Notes under the pieces: model-generated
Databases searched by the model: none
Seen by the model: the letters and a program-made list of their open reading frames with translations, nothing else
What the model was told of the DNA's origin: nothing
Assembly: GCA_004431415.1 (NCBI GenBank)
Contig: QPMI01000445.1
Coordinates: forward strand, 1-64,000
Reading direction: 5' to 3'
Source of the DNA: Cyanophora paradoxa CCMP329
Taxonomy: Eukaryota; Plantae; Glaucophyta
Length of the DNA: 64,000 bases
Translations under genes and position numbers: made by a program
Shown here: positions 12,173 through 22,233 of the stretch, one piece after another
Layout of the letters: each line of letters opens with the position of its first letter
How positions within the stretch are numbered: position 1 is the stretch's first letter

Positions 12173-12324
12173 TTCTCTTTAATAGTAGATACGAAAATAA
12201 TTTTTCCTCAATACAATCTATCTACTTTTTCCTTAAGTCATTTTTTGTTGCGAACACCAGTTCCTGTCTGTAAACTTTTATAGCTGCCTCAGTGGCATAC
12301 TGAGACCGCTTTTTCTCAATTATC

Positions 12325-12570
12325 TTATAGACCTGGGGGTCCATTGCTACTATCAGTAGGCAAATAATATTTAATCGGTCTCCCTCTGGGTCTCTGCTCC
12401 TCTTTTTGGGCTTTTCTGCGATAATAGGATGCCAGGGCTTGCTGCTTTTTATACTCTCTATATGCTGGGTCCTCTCTATATCGTTTCTGCATTGCTAGAA
12501 TGTGTCTAATAGAACCCTCAGTAACAGGTTCATCACTGGTAAACTCGATTAAACTAATAGTGTCCTCCAT
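12325..12570 (-). CDS. Small basic protein with AT-hook (RGRPIKY)
   Basis: QKRYREDPAYREYKKQQALASYY aligns with QRKYRENEEYREQKKAKALEYY. Confidence 0.7.
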   Translation of the reverse strand: MEDTISLIEFTSDEPVTEGSIRHILAMQKRYREDPAYREYKKQQALASYYRRKAQKEEQRPRGRPIKYYLPTDSSNGPPGL

Positions 12571-12826
12571 TTATATTCCCAGAGAAAACGTTTTCTGCTG
12601 GCAGAGAACTTCTCCTTGGATACTCCTGTTGCTCATATGTATACTCTGTGGGGTCTGCTGGCATTGACTCCACAGAAATCGTAGACCTCCTTCTCTCTCT
12701 TGCTTCTGAGGCATTATCCTCAGTATCTGACATCTCAAACTCTATTGTTGTGTCACAGCATCCACTGTGGCAATTGCTCACCACATGCAGACTGAGCATC
12801 TCAATAAACTTTCGTATTATATCCAT
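12554..12826 (-). CDS. Hypothetical viral protein
   Basis: ATG-started ORF in a tightly packed same-strand gene block. Confidence 0.55.
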   Translation of the reverse strand: MDIIRKFIEMLSLHVVSNCHSGCCDTTIEFEMSDTEDNASEARERRRSTISVESMPADPTEYTYEQQEYPRRSSLPAENVFSGNINGGHY

Positions 12827-12848
12827 GTCTCTAATAAAACAGAGAAAA

Positions 12849-13583
12849 TTAAAGCCAAACTCGTCTTTTATATACTGTTGGGGCTACTCCCTTTTCGACT
12901 TCAGCTTTGGTGGCACCAGGTTCAATAGTTCCCTTCTGGGTCTTTGTTTTCATTTCATCTACTGCCTGCTCATCAATTTGGTTCTCTTTCTTAGCAATAA
13001 ACTGTTTATCTGGGACACCAGTAATGCCCATTTTATAAACTTCCTTTCGAAGCATCTCCTTTAGCTTGGATCTCTCTTTCTTCTCAGTAACATACTGCTC
13101 CAAGGCACTTGATTTGGCTTCCAGATCTTTGAGTTTAGCAGTCATCTCATCCCATTGAGCCTTGGGAATTCGATGAATATTTTGAGTGGGAGCAGTCTTG
13201 TATGTGACTTCACCAGCCATAGACTGAATTACCTTGTCTGATTCCTTACTAAGACCCTCACCTTTGCGAGCCAGTGAAAGATCTTGCAAGCCTAAACCTT
13301 TGTCATCAGCAGCCCCAATAATTCGCCTGGCACCCTCAGCAACAGCTTTCATTTTTGAGGCTTCTGGTGAGATGTTGAGTTGGTCACTGGTTGAAGCCTG
13401 TGGGGCTTTGTCATCAACTGATTCCTCATAGGCAGCATTGAGGGGGTCTTCTTCTTGCTGTGAGGGCTTCACCTCATTCATACCATTGAATTTCATTGGT
13501 TCAGTATTAATGGATCCATTGTTTCCACCACCTGAATAGCCAACAGCCCCAGCTGGAATCCCTATCTTTCGTTTGGGAGGCAT
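12849..13583 (-). CDS. Hypothetical viral protein (charged, coiled-coil; possible core protein)
   Basis: 244-aa ORF with short AT-rich spacers on both sides. Confidence 0.7.
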   Translation of the reverse strand: MPPKRKIGIPAGAVGYSGGGNNGSINTEPMKFNGMNEVKPSQQEEDPLNAAYEESVDDKAPQASTSDQLNISPEASKMKAVAEGARRIIGAADDKGLGLQDLSLARKGEGLSKESDKVIQSMAGEVTYKTAPTQNIHRIPKAQWDEMTAKLKDLEAKSSALEQYVTEKKERSKLKEMLRKEVYKMGITGVPDKQFIAKKENQIDEQAVDEMKTKTQKGTIEPGATKAEVEKGVAPTVYKRRVWL

Positions 13584-13611
13584 TGTATCTTTATTAGAAT
13601 GAGAGATAATT

Positions 13612-14394
13612 TTATAAACCGCGTTTATATCGCATCAATTTATTGCTATGGACTTGGCTTTTCACTTCTTTAGGGGCTTCCTCTTTCTCTGGTGGTTTCA
13701 GTTCATCTTCTTTCTTCTTGGGCTTCCTGTGGAAGCGAGGAAAATCGAAATCTCCAACTAAATCGGCTTTATCAACATAGTAGCCCACATTATACTTGAA
13801 AGATGTATAAACAAGGAACTGGTATGAGTGGACATACTCTTCAAACAGTTTATAGAAATCTTCTTTTCGAGGAAATGTCGAAAACTCCTCTGCAAATGCT
13901 TCCAGCTCTTTTTGATTGCTTGCACAAACCATAATTACTATATCACTATTGCAGCGAATTACACTTGCAACCTTTCGTAATTTCTGAGAGATAGTTATTA
14001 TTGATATATTCACATGTCTGCCACGAACATAAAGCATTCCAACTGTTTTATCTCGACTGAGATCCAGCTGGTCATTTTCTATCATATCCTCTAAAATCAC
14101 CAGCATATGGTTAAGTTCTTCTCCTTTCTCCCTTTTTGCCTCTCTTTCTTTTATAATTTTCGACATGTATTGGGGATCCCATGCACCCAGTTGAACAGTA
14201 GCAGCTTTGTCCCAGAAATGTGAGAATGAGGTAGCGGATATAATAAGGGTTGTATCAATCTTTTTGGCATCATGCAGCTGTTTCAAATAATATTTTACAG
14301 CTTCTGTTTTTCCGCATCCACTTTTTCCGAGTATGAGTAGTCTGAAAGGGGGTTCTATCATTTCACCAGCATTAAATTCTTCCAGATCTTGCAT
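13612..14394 (-). CDS. A32-like (FtsK/HerA) DNA packaging ATPase
   Basis: GKSGCGKT, LVILEDM, RGRHVNISIITISQ, IRCN. Confidence 0.93.
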   Translation of the reverse strand: MQDLEEFNAGEMIEPPFRLLILGKSGCGKTEAVKYYLKQLHDAKKIDTTLIISATSFSHFWDKAATVQLGAWDPQYMSKIIKEREAKREKGEELNHMLVILEDMIENDQLDLSRDKTVGMLYVRGRHVNISIITISQKLRKVASVIRCNSDIVIMVCASNQKELEAFAEEFSTFPRKEDFYKLFEEYVHSYQFLVYTSFKYNVGYYVDKADLVGDFDFPRFHRKPKKKEDELKPPEKEEAPKEVKSQVHSNKLMRYKRGL

Positions 14395-14459
14395 TGTTGT
14401 ATATCTTTCTAAATAAGTACAGATAAAAATAATGCAGGGAGACTGAATATCGTCACAAT

Positions 14460-15338
14460 CTACAAATTTATACGACGAAGCCCATCTTTGTCCAAAATTA
14501 TATAGGAATGCATGAGAGCGCGAACATTAACATCGATTACCTTATCTGAAGGCATGTACAGGGTGAGGAATGAAGAGGAGGAATTTGTTAAATCAACATA
14601 ACCAGACTGGGCAATATTTCGAATTGCCTTCTCTCCATCAATGCAGAAACTTAAACCTGAAAGGACATAGCGATCAGCAACCTTATCCATGTTAGAGCAT
14701 TTGAAGGCATCAGCAATTAGCTCAGCACCTTTGAGTAGGGAAATTGGCTCAGTGGCATAAAGTCGCTGTCCATTAATTTCAACAGTGAAAGTAATATCTT
14801 TGGAGTTGGCATAGGTCTTAAGAACACTGTGGGAGCCAGTGGATTTATCAACAGTTGCATTATCACGAACTGAAACAAGCAGAGCATAAACAAGACCTGA
14901 GATTTGAGAGAGGTTAATTCGATTGGGTTGGGCATTGCCCTTGGCAGGGAAAGCACTAGCATCTACAAATCCAATATCAAGGGAGGGAATATGGTAGGTG
15001 TAAGATCCATAGGTAATTTCAAGTCGCTGAACTAAAGCACCAACTGGGCGAGTGTATCCATTGCGAACTAGGTCAGTATCACCAGCAAACGTGATGGCTG
15101 GAAGGTCGAAAGCAAGTTCGAGTTTTCCACAGAAATTGTAGCGAGGTAGCTTGAAGGAAATGCGATTTCCAACATTATTCTCAAAAGTATTGCTGGGATT
15201 CACAACAACTAGAACTGGCTTAGATTTGGATTCGAGACCAAGCATAAGGGAGTTATCCAGGAAAAAGGCTTTCGCCTCTTCTGGGGTTGTTAGGGCTTCT
15301 TTCAGCGAAAGTCTTTGAAGAGTGGAAGTGATATCCAT
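14460..15338 (-). CDS. Major capsid protein-like (double jelly-roll), only 292 aa, apparently internally deleted
   Basis: GNRISFKLPR..LELAFDLPAI..GALVQRLEITYG and the C-terminal SF..SGYVDL resemble NCLDV/PLV MCPs. Lies between the ATPase and a penton. Confidence 0.7.
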   Translation of the reverse strand: MDITSTLQRLSLKEALTTPEEAKAFFLDNSLMLGLESKSKPVLVVVNPSNTFENNVGNRISFKLPRYNFCGKLELAFDLPAITFAGDTDLVRNGYTRPVGALVQRLEITYGSYTYHIPSLDIGFVDASAFPAKGNAQPNRINLSQISGLVYALLVSVRDNATVDKSTGSHSVLKTYANSKDITFTVEINGQRLYATEPISLLKGAELIADAFKCSNMDKVADRYVLSGLSFCIDGEKAIRNIAQSGYVDLTNSSSSFLTLYMPSDKVIDVNVRALMHSYIILDKDGLRRINL

Positions 15339-15391
15339 TATATTCTCTTTTATTATACTGCAACATAAAAAATCTACCAATGATCCTTAAT

Positions 15392-16402
15392 TTATGCGAA
15401 GTTTGTAATAACTGGATAGGAAGGGTGAAGCTGTGACATTCGCATCTTGAAGTATTCATAAACTGGGTCCCCAGCTGGCTCATCACCATAGCGAATTTCA
15501 AAGGTAAGATGAACAGGTTGACCCTCAAAATCAATTGGTTCATTAATAGCATTTACAATATCAACCGAGAAAGTGGATAATCCAACCTTTTTATTATAGT
15601 ATTTGTAAAGTGGGTGAGCTTCTGTTGAATTGTAAACAACATGCTCACCATAGTCTTTATCAGGGACCACTATTTTGTGAAAGTAACCAGTCAGAAGACC
15701 ATCCCCACATTGCACCAGATCACCCAGCTCCTTTACTCTCACAAACAAAACACTGTCCCTGGTCTTCTCAGGCTCAAAAGAAGATATAATGCCATTCACG
15801 CGACCACCAGTAAAGATTCCATCAGTGAGAGCATCATAGACCTGTGATTGGATTGGGGAGTTACCATATCTTCCAGGATCAAGACCCAGCAGTCTAGCTG
15901 AACTCAACAGCTTTTGGATTGTTTGTTGGCTTGGGTTCACAGCTACTGAGAAAGCCAAGTAAAATGGTACTGCTGAGTGGAATATAATTCGTTTCAGTGA
16001 TTCATCCCATTTGCAGCGAATGGATGGTTGGGGATTTCTGCCTTCGAATTTAGAGTTAATTACATTCACCAGTTGCTGGTGGCTTTGGATGGGGGTGTTT
16101 CGACTTATAATGAATTGTTTCCATTGTTCATAGTCAGCAGCTGGGCGAACTGTTGGAATTCCTGAGCTTCCAGCTCCAGGAGTTTGTTCAGAATAATAAA
16201 TGCTAAATGCATTGTCAACTGTCACATCTCCTGCTTTGGTTTCACCACTCACCATAGGGATACTGTTATAAAATTCGGCTGAGACCAGTCTCACAGCCCT
16301 CACATTCTCATAACTACTGGGGAGTCTAGCCACAAAGCTTGATGTGGGACCATCACCAGAGATTGTATTAAATGAGCTAACCTCGATGTAATCCACAGGC
16401 AT
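15392..16402 (-). CDS. Minor capsid (penton) protein 1
   Basis: SFVARLP..NVRAVRLVSAEFYNS and DIVNAINEPIDFEGQPVHLTFEI match the single jelly-roll penton pattern. Confidence 0.85.
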   Translation of the reverse strand: MPVDYIEVSSFNTISGDGPTSSFVARLPSSYENVRAVRLVSAEFYNSIPMVSGETKAGDVTVDNAFSIYYSEQTPGAGSSGIPTVRPAADYEQWKQFIISRNTPIQSHQQLVNVINSKFEGRNPQPSIRCKWDESLKRIIFHSAVPFYLAFSVAVNPSQQTIQKLLSSARLLGLDPGRYGNSPIQSQVYDALTDGIFTGGRVNGIISSFEPEKTRDSVLFVRVKELGDLVQCGDGLLTGYFHKIVVPDKDYGEHVVYNSTEAHPLYKYYNKKVGLSTFSVDIVNAINEPIDFEGQPVHLTFEIRYGDEPAGDPVYEYFKMRMSQLHPSYPVITNFA

Positions 16403-16431
16403 TCTTCTTTTATCTATATTTATATATTAAA

Positions 16432-17364
16432 ATGAACCGGCTCGTTAATATTGATAGCAGGGATAGAAGCCAAGGACAAAATGAAAACTCTTACAGGGTC
16501 ACCCTCACAACTCCAGTAGAGAGACCAAGGGAATGTAGGGTTCTCTATGCAGAGATTCCAAACAGTATCTATAACAGTGTGGGAACTGATCATCTAACAG
16601 TTCAGTTTAATTACCAAGATGGTTCATATAACCAAGTGATCACACAACAAGTGTATCCCCTTCCCAGTGGCTACATCAATCAGGGTCATTTTGGGGTCAC
16701 ACACCCTTATAATTATGGGCTGAACTATTCAAGCTTCCAAACTATTGCAGGCAAAACAGTAGCTTTTGAGTTCAAGATATTCTACAACCCAACAACCTAT
16801 AAAGTGGAGTTTTACAGTAACCATGAGTTTCGTTTTATTGCAAGCAACCAGAGAATAGGAAAGCTTTTGGGTGTAAGTTCTACTGAATACACTAATGGGT
16901 ATTATAGCACTCCTCCTGTTGGTGGATCTCCATATCGACCTGAGAACCTTTTAAAGTATGATGGCAAACCTATTACACCTGATCACCCAGCATGGGGAAT
17001 CACCTTCTCAGGACCCAGACTCTCCTCTAAGCCCTTGCAATATTATTTTGACAGCAGGAAGATGTCTGATATGAATGCTGAGCAGTATCTGTACATGCAT
17101 ATTAAAGAGCTGTCCCCCTTTGCCAGCAGACACAATATAATTCCAAAATCGCAACCACAAAACCAGGGAGCTATCCTTAGATTGCAATTGAGTAAAGATA
17201 TAGGGGGCTATGTTTACCATAGTGGTGAACATGCAGAATTTATTCAAATCAATGACAGAAACCTGGTGATAAGGGAACTCACAGTTGAGTTTAAAGATTA
17301 CTTTGGTGAACTGATTGATATGAATGGAATCGATAATTCTTTTCAGTTGGAGTTTATCGAATAA
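16432..17364 (+). CDS. Minor capsid (penton) protein 2
   Basis: IDSRDR..SYRVTL..AEIPNSIYN and LTVEFKDYFGELIDMNGIDNSFQLEF. Confidence 0.87.
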   Translation: MNRLVNIDSRDRSQGQNENSYRVTLTTPVERPRECRVLYAEIPNSIYNSVGTDHLTVQFNYQDGSYNQVITQQVYPLPSGYINQGHFGVTHPYNYGLNYSSFQTIAGKTVAFEFKIFYNPTTYKVEFYSNHEFRFIASNQRIGKLLGVSSTEYTNGYYSTPPVGGSPYRPENLLKYDGKPITPDHPAWGITFSGPRLSSKPLQYYFDSRKMSDMNAEQYLYMHIKELSPFASRHNIIPKSQPQNQGAILRLQLSKDIGGYVYHSGEHAEFIQINDRNLVIRELTVEFKDYFGELIDMNGIDNSFQLEFIE

Positions 17365-18910
17365 AGGCACCTGTGAAATCAACTCTCATTGTGGGAGCAT
17401 TCACATACACAAGGGGATAAATGCGAATATACTTGATTCTGAGAGAAAAACCTATGTAAAAAGCATCCTTGATGCTGAGAGGAAATCCACTCAATAAAGC
17501 AACATCACCTGAGTTGTGAGCATTGTTAATGTTCTCACAGACATATATTTTGTTCTGCCCATCTGATCGAATAAAAGACCAGTTGATCCCATCAGTGGAT
17601 GTTGCCACATTGAAAGTCTTAATAAAAGCATTGGTGTCCCCTGAACCATAGGCAATCACAGAAGAGAGTTCGAAAGTATATGGGAAAGCAACTTGAAGGT
17701 ATTCAGTGGGGGTTTCCCATATCTGCTCAGGAGCATAGGCTCCAGCTTCCCAGCCAAATGCTGAAGGTCTAGCCATGAAAGGCTCTTTACCTGTCACAGA
17801 GGATGAGGCAGTGAAGGCATCATCTGCAAGCTGATACCAATTTGCATCCAAAGGAGGTGATGTAGTGAGAGTGGATGATATGTAAGCCTTTGAAGGGTTC
17901 TTTAATTCATAGTTTGCTACTAGAATGCTGCAAAGCTTATTAATCATATCATTGTTAGCTGCTATGTAAGTTTCAGTGAAAGAAAGCATATCTGGGATCT
18001 TAGATGTGTCATCAAGGGAGCTTACTATGTGATTTGGAAGAGGGACTGATAGCCTGTAATATCTCCCATAATCCTGATCATAGTTGTAGGGTAACAACTC
18101 CTCCATCTTATCAAGGGCAGAAAGCTCACTTGCAGCCATGAGCATGTTAATCAATGGGCTTCCATCTGTTGAGGCAATCCATGAGAGAATGCCCCAGCTG
18201 TTTACAGTCTCATAAGCATAACCCACATAATCAGACTCTAAATGTGGGTCCACCTCTCCACAAGAGATGCTTATTACTATAATATCATCATCATCACTGT
18301 AAATCTTCTTTGCATGGCTGTAACCACACACACTGGGATTATTGTTTCCCGAAATGGCACCATCAATGAGACAGACATATACTCCCCGATTGAAATCAAC
18401 AATGCTTACAGGAGAGAAATATGTAGGAGCAGCAGAAGTAGCCCTGGCAGCAATCTTACAAGGCATAAAGTTGTAATTGTTGTCATTTGTGATAAATATT
18501 GGTTTCATATTCTGAGTATCAAAGGATGTAATCACAATGTCTTTTAGGGAATCCTGTATGAGTGATTCACCAGTAACTGAATTGATTGCAGTCTCCAAGG
18601 GTCCGACATCATACTTTGTATTAAAAAGGGCATTTTCGATTATATTTCGAGGATTTGCGAAAATCAAGGGCAGTTGAGTTAGGTAAATATTGTGTAAATC
18701 GTTTGCTGTGAGTTTAGGTTCACCTGGTTTATCAGGATGCCTTATATTCAAACCTATTGCAATGATCCCACCAGTGGAAGTTCCACTCACAAGATCCACA
18801 AGATCGATTATTCTCCTGCCAGTTCGATTTTCGATTTCTTTGAGCAGCCTGGTTATGATAATGCCCCTTGCACCTCCCCCTGATAAAGCTAAAGCGACCT
18901 TGAGAGGCAT
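17354..18910 (-). CDS. Patatin-like phospholipase fused to an F5/8 type C (discoidin) domain
   Basis: GGGARG, GTSTG and DGA motifs; C-terminal EYLQV..FNVATSTDGINW..KYIRIYP..MRVDF. Confidence 0.9.
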   Translation of the reverse strand: MPLKVALALSGGGARGIIITRLLKEIENRTGRRIIDLVDLVSGTSTGGIIAIGLNIRHPDKPGEPKLTANDLHNIYLTQLPLIFANPRNIIENALFNTKYDVGPLETAINSVTGESLIQDSLKDIVITSFDTQNMKPIFITNDNNYNFMPCKIAARATSAAPTYFSPVSIVDFNRGVYVCLIDGAISGNNNPSVCGYSHAKKIYSDDDDIIVISISCGEVDPHLESDYVGYAYETVNSWGILSWIASTDGSPLINMLMAASELSALDKMEELLPYNYDQDYGRYYRLSVPLPNHIVSSLDDTSKIPDMLSFTETYIAANNDMINKLCSILVANYELKNPSKAYISSTLTTSPPLDANWYQLADDAFTASSSVTGKEPFMARPSAFGWEAGAYAPEQIWETPTEYLQVAFPYTFELSSVIAYGSGDTNAFIKTFNVATSTDGINWSFIRSDGQNKIYVCENINNAHNSGDVALLSGFPLSIKDAFYIGFSLRIKYIRIYPLVYVNAPTMRVDFTGAFIR

Positions 18911-18953
18911 CTTTTACTTATCAGGAATTTTATAAATCCATATAGTAAAAGCC

Positions 18954-21900
18954 ATGAGCTTCAATTACCCACCAAATCTAGAAACCATTCAAGATGATAA
19001 TGCAAGCAGCACCAAGCATGTGAACTTTGATAATATTAAAGTAAAGGGTTCAGTTTCAATTGACCACAGCTCTGATAATTCATCAAAGACTCAATCAAGG
19101 GAGCATGCTTTATCTGTGAATCAAACCGATCCAGATAAAGAGGAGGTCAGTGTTGCTTTTAGTTTGGGTAATGTGAAAGCAAACCAAGTGGCAGAGATCA
19201 AAGCAACAAGAAGGAGACCTAGGAAACTAAAAACCAGTGGCACTCACCCAGATATACCTTCCAGGTTCGATAGTGGTCGATTGATTTTCAATGTTCAAGA
19301 TGAGCAGGGCAAACAGAACACAGCTTTGCGAATTTACAATGAGGGCAGCACTCCAAAAGCTGAGGTCCCCCAAGTATTGCAAGTGGGTCCCATTGCCAAT
19401 ACAAATCAGGTCTCCTACACAAATGATGTCTACCCTAAGGATATTACATATGACTTTGCAAGAAATGAGCCTTTTGGTTTCTTTACTCCAAAAGATGTCC
19501 ATCAAAAAAAGCCATCAATTACAATCAACAGTAGCCCCAGTCAACCAGTAGCAATCCATTTACATCCTGATTTAGTCGAAATGGATAGGCACCTTTTGCC
19601 TTTGTATAGCAATGTGAAAGACCTTGGAATTCGAACCAGGCAATGGCGAAATATCCATGGCAGTAATGTGTATGCAAATGGTGAGAAGCTTGTTAGTGAG
19701 AAAACCCTAAGAGAAATCATTGAGCATTATGGTCCCAATGGACCTACTGTCCCATTCCCTATTCCATTTCCCAATGGACCTCCCGATTTAACACCAAAGA
19801 AGCAGCCTGGAAGAGAATACACAGCAACTGAAGATGTAGCCTTTGGGCAGCACATTGTTAGTTGGGAGCAAGTTCGCAATAAACCTATAATTGAACCCAG
19901 AAAGCAAATAGATGAGCAGTATTTACCTCCTGAAATCGATATATTAGAGCTTGATGAATATCAATTCGTTCCAGATGAGGAAGAATATTTACCAGATGGT
20001 TTTGACCCACAAGAATATGAATACGATCAATATGATCCCAATGAGGAGGAGATACTACCAGATGGCTTAGATCCACAAGAGTTTGAGTATGAGCAGAACT
20101 ATGAACCTGATGAGGAGTATTTGCCAGATGGTCATGATCCACCAGCTGTTGACTATGAGCAACCTTATGAACCCCATGAGGAATTGTTACCAGATGGATT
20201 TCGACCTGAGATCTGGGAGTTCTTTCCTGATTATGAACAAATTAATAATAAACCTGCAAAGTATCCCCCAGAGGATCACAATCATGATTGGGATGAGATC
20301 TTAGGCAAACCTCAAAAGTATCCACCAGAGGATCACAGGCATGATTGGGGTGAAATTGATGGGATTCCAACTGAGTTCCCACCAAGCAAACATGAACACA
20401 CTTGGGATGAGATTAATGACCAACCAGAGTTTGCAAAAGTGGAGCCTTTGGCAACCCTAGGGGTTTCTCTTTACCAGACTTGTAATATCCCTGAAAGAAT
20501 CTTTTTGAATGAACACTATGTACATGTGAATGGGACACTTGCAAATTCAGCTATGAGAGGACCACTTCATATTAGGACATTACCAGGCTCTTATAATCCA
20601 CCACCTGAACCAGGAGCAACCATACCAAATATCTTTGTGTCAAGCTACATGGAGGCTGACATTCCCACAGATACATTCAGAGTCCCAACAGACCCAGCAA
20701 CCTACCAAAATTACAACTCTGCTATACAGGTTCATGTAGCAGATGTAAGCAGCTTAGATGGCTCAAGACCAATGATAGTTTTCAGTCGAGATAAGTATTC
20801 CTACATTCCCATAGTGGGAACTGCAAATGATAATTATGGAAGGGCAGAGCTTGCATGGATTAAAACAGATTATGGTGGGGTTCTGGAAGCCAATCAAAGA
20901 ATGGCTGCAAAAAACATACACAATGAGAGCATTTCGAGAGTAGTCACAGAGGATTACCTTCAAGCTCAGAACTACATAGATGAAACAGAACTAAATACAA
21001 TCATTGCAGGTATAGGTATTGGTGTTACAGGCAATTACCTCCCTCTCACAGGTGGGACTATTGATGGAACAGTAACAGCATGTAACTTCTTTGTCCATAC
21101 TGAAAGCAATCAAACCTTTCCTGTGGTTCATCCAGGAGGTGAGTATGAGATACCTGATGATCCAGCTATTATGCCCATTAAGATTGATCTCCCTTCTGAT
21201 TATGTAGGAAGGGGTGAACTAAAGACCATCTCTTTCACAGGAGATTATAATGATCTCATAAATAAACCTACTGCTGCAAATCTGCATCCTGTTGCATTTT
21301 CGGGTAGTTTCCTTGATCTAAATAATAGATCACACACCCACACAAAGGCAGAAATCACAGATTTTGCACACACTCACACCAAATCACAAATTACAGATTT
21401 TGCACACTTCCACACAAGAGCAGATATCACAAATTTCGCTCACACTCATGTTAAATCAGAGATATTAGATCTCGGAAATGTTGCATATGTGGGTCACACC
21501 CATACCAAGGCAGAGATTACAGATCTTGGAAATGTTGCATATGTTGGTCACACCCACACAAAGGCAGAGATTACAGATTTTGCACACACTCATGATTGGA
21601 ATACAGATATCTATAACAAACCTGCAATTTTCTCAGGAAACTACAATGATTTGACCAATAGACCAACTCTTGATCCTTTCACAGCCACCACAATCAGAGC
21701 CAACAACACAATGTATGTAGGATCAGGTCAGATTGTAGAACCAGCAGGACCTATGTTTGAAGAAACATGGTTCTTCCACAATTCGCAGAATTACTTTGAT
21801 AAAACCTTACTTGTTCGTGGAAATGCCTATGCAAGAAATTTCTATGCTATGAACCCCTCAAATAATGCGACCATCAGTCGATGTATTACAGAGGCAGATC

Positions 21901-22214
21901 TTTCCAGTCAACTCAATGCATATTTTAATGGGAAAATCCAAGCAGGAACGTATGTTTACACTACTCCTTATCTTTGGGCAAATCCTGACCATAGGTTTAA
22001 CCTCACTATTAATTTCAACAGCAGCTTTGCTAACCCTCCTATTGTAACAACTGGTATACAACACAATGAGACAGCCTACTACTATCGAATGTATGTTAGG
22101 CTTAAACAAGTTTACAGTAGCTATTTCACTTGTGAGCTTGACATAGTTCCATTAAGTTCTTTTGACAGACCAGGATTTCCAGTTACAATTCATTACATTG
22201 CTGTCGCAATTTAA
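18954..22214 (+). CDS. Large phage-tail-fibre-like virion protein (1086 aa)
   Basis: Acidic EEYLPDG repeats; PPEDHxHDW and HTHTKAEITD repeats; FSGxYNDLxNKP motifs; lectin-like C-terminus (INFNSSFANPPIV). Confidence 0.8.
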   Translation: MSFNYPPNLETIQDDNASSTKHVNFDNIKVKGSVSIDHSSDNSSKTQSREHALSVNQTDPDKEEVSVAFSLGNVKANQVAEIKATRRRPRKLKTSGTHPDIPSRFDSGRLIFNVQDEQGKQNTALRIYNEGSTPKAEVPQVLQVGPIANTNQVSYTNDVYPKDITYDFARNEPFGFFTPKDVHQKKPSITINSSPSQPVAIHLHPDLVEMDRHLLPLYSNVKDLGIRTRQWRNIHGSNVYANGEKLVSEKTLREIIEHYGPNGPTVPFPIPFPNGPPDLTPKKQPGREYTATEDVAFGQHIVSWEQVRNKPIIEPRKQIDEQYLPPEIDILELDEYQFVPDEEEYLPDGFDPQEYEYDQYDPNEEEILPDGLDPQEFEYEQNYEPDEEYLPDGHDPPAVDYEQPYEPHEELLPDGFRPEIWEFFPDYEQINNKPAKYPPEDHNHDWDEILGKPQKYPPEDHRHDWGEIDGIPTEFPPSKHEHTWDEINDQPEFAKVEPLATLGVSLYQTCNIPERIFLNEHYVHVNGTLANSAMRGPLHIRTLPGSYNPPPEPGATIPNIFVSSYMEADIPTDTFRVPTDPATYQNYNSAIQVHVADVSSLDGSRPMIVFSRDKYSYIPIVGTANDNYGRAELAWIKTDYGGVLEANQRMAAKNIHNESISRVVTEDYLQAQNYIDETELNTIIAGIGIGVTGNYLPLTGGTIDGTVTACNFFVHTESNQTFPVVHPGGEYEIPDDPAIMPIKIDLPSDYVGRGELKTISFTGDYNDLINKPTAANLHPVAFSGSFLDLNNRSHTHTKAEITDFAHTHTKSQITDFAHFHTRADITNFAHTHVKSEILDLGNVAYVGHTHTKAEITDLGNVAYVGHTHTKAEITDFAHTHDWNTDIYNKPAIFSGNYNDLTNRPTLDPFTATTIRANNTMYVGSGQIVEPAGPMFEETWFFHNSQNYFDKTLLVRGNAYARNFYAMNPSNNATISRCITEADLSSQLNAYFNGKIQAGTYVYTTPYLWANPDHRFNLTINFNSSFANPPIVTTGIQHNETAYYYRMYVRLKQVYSSYFTCELDIVPLSSFDRPGFPVTIHYIAVAI

Positions 22215-22233
22215 CTATTTCGTAATTATAAAG

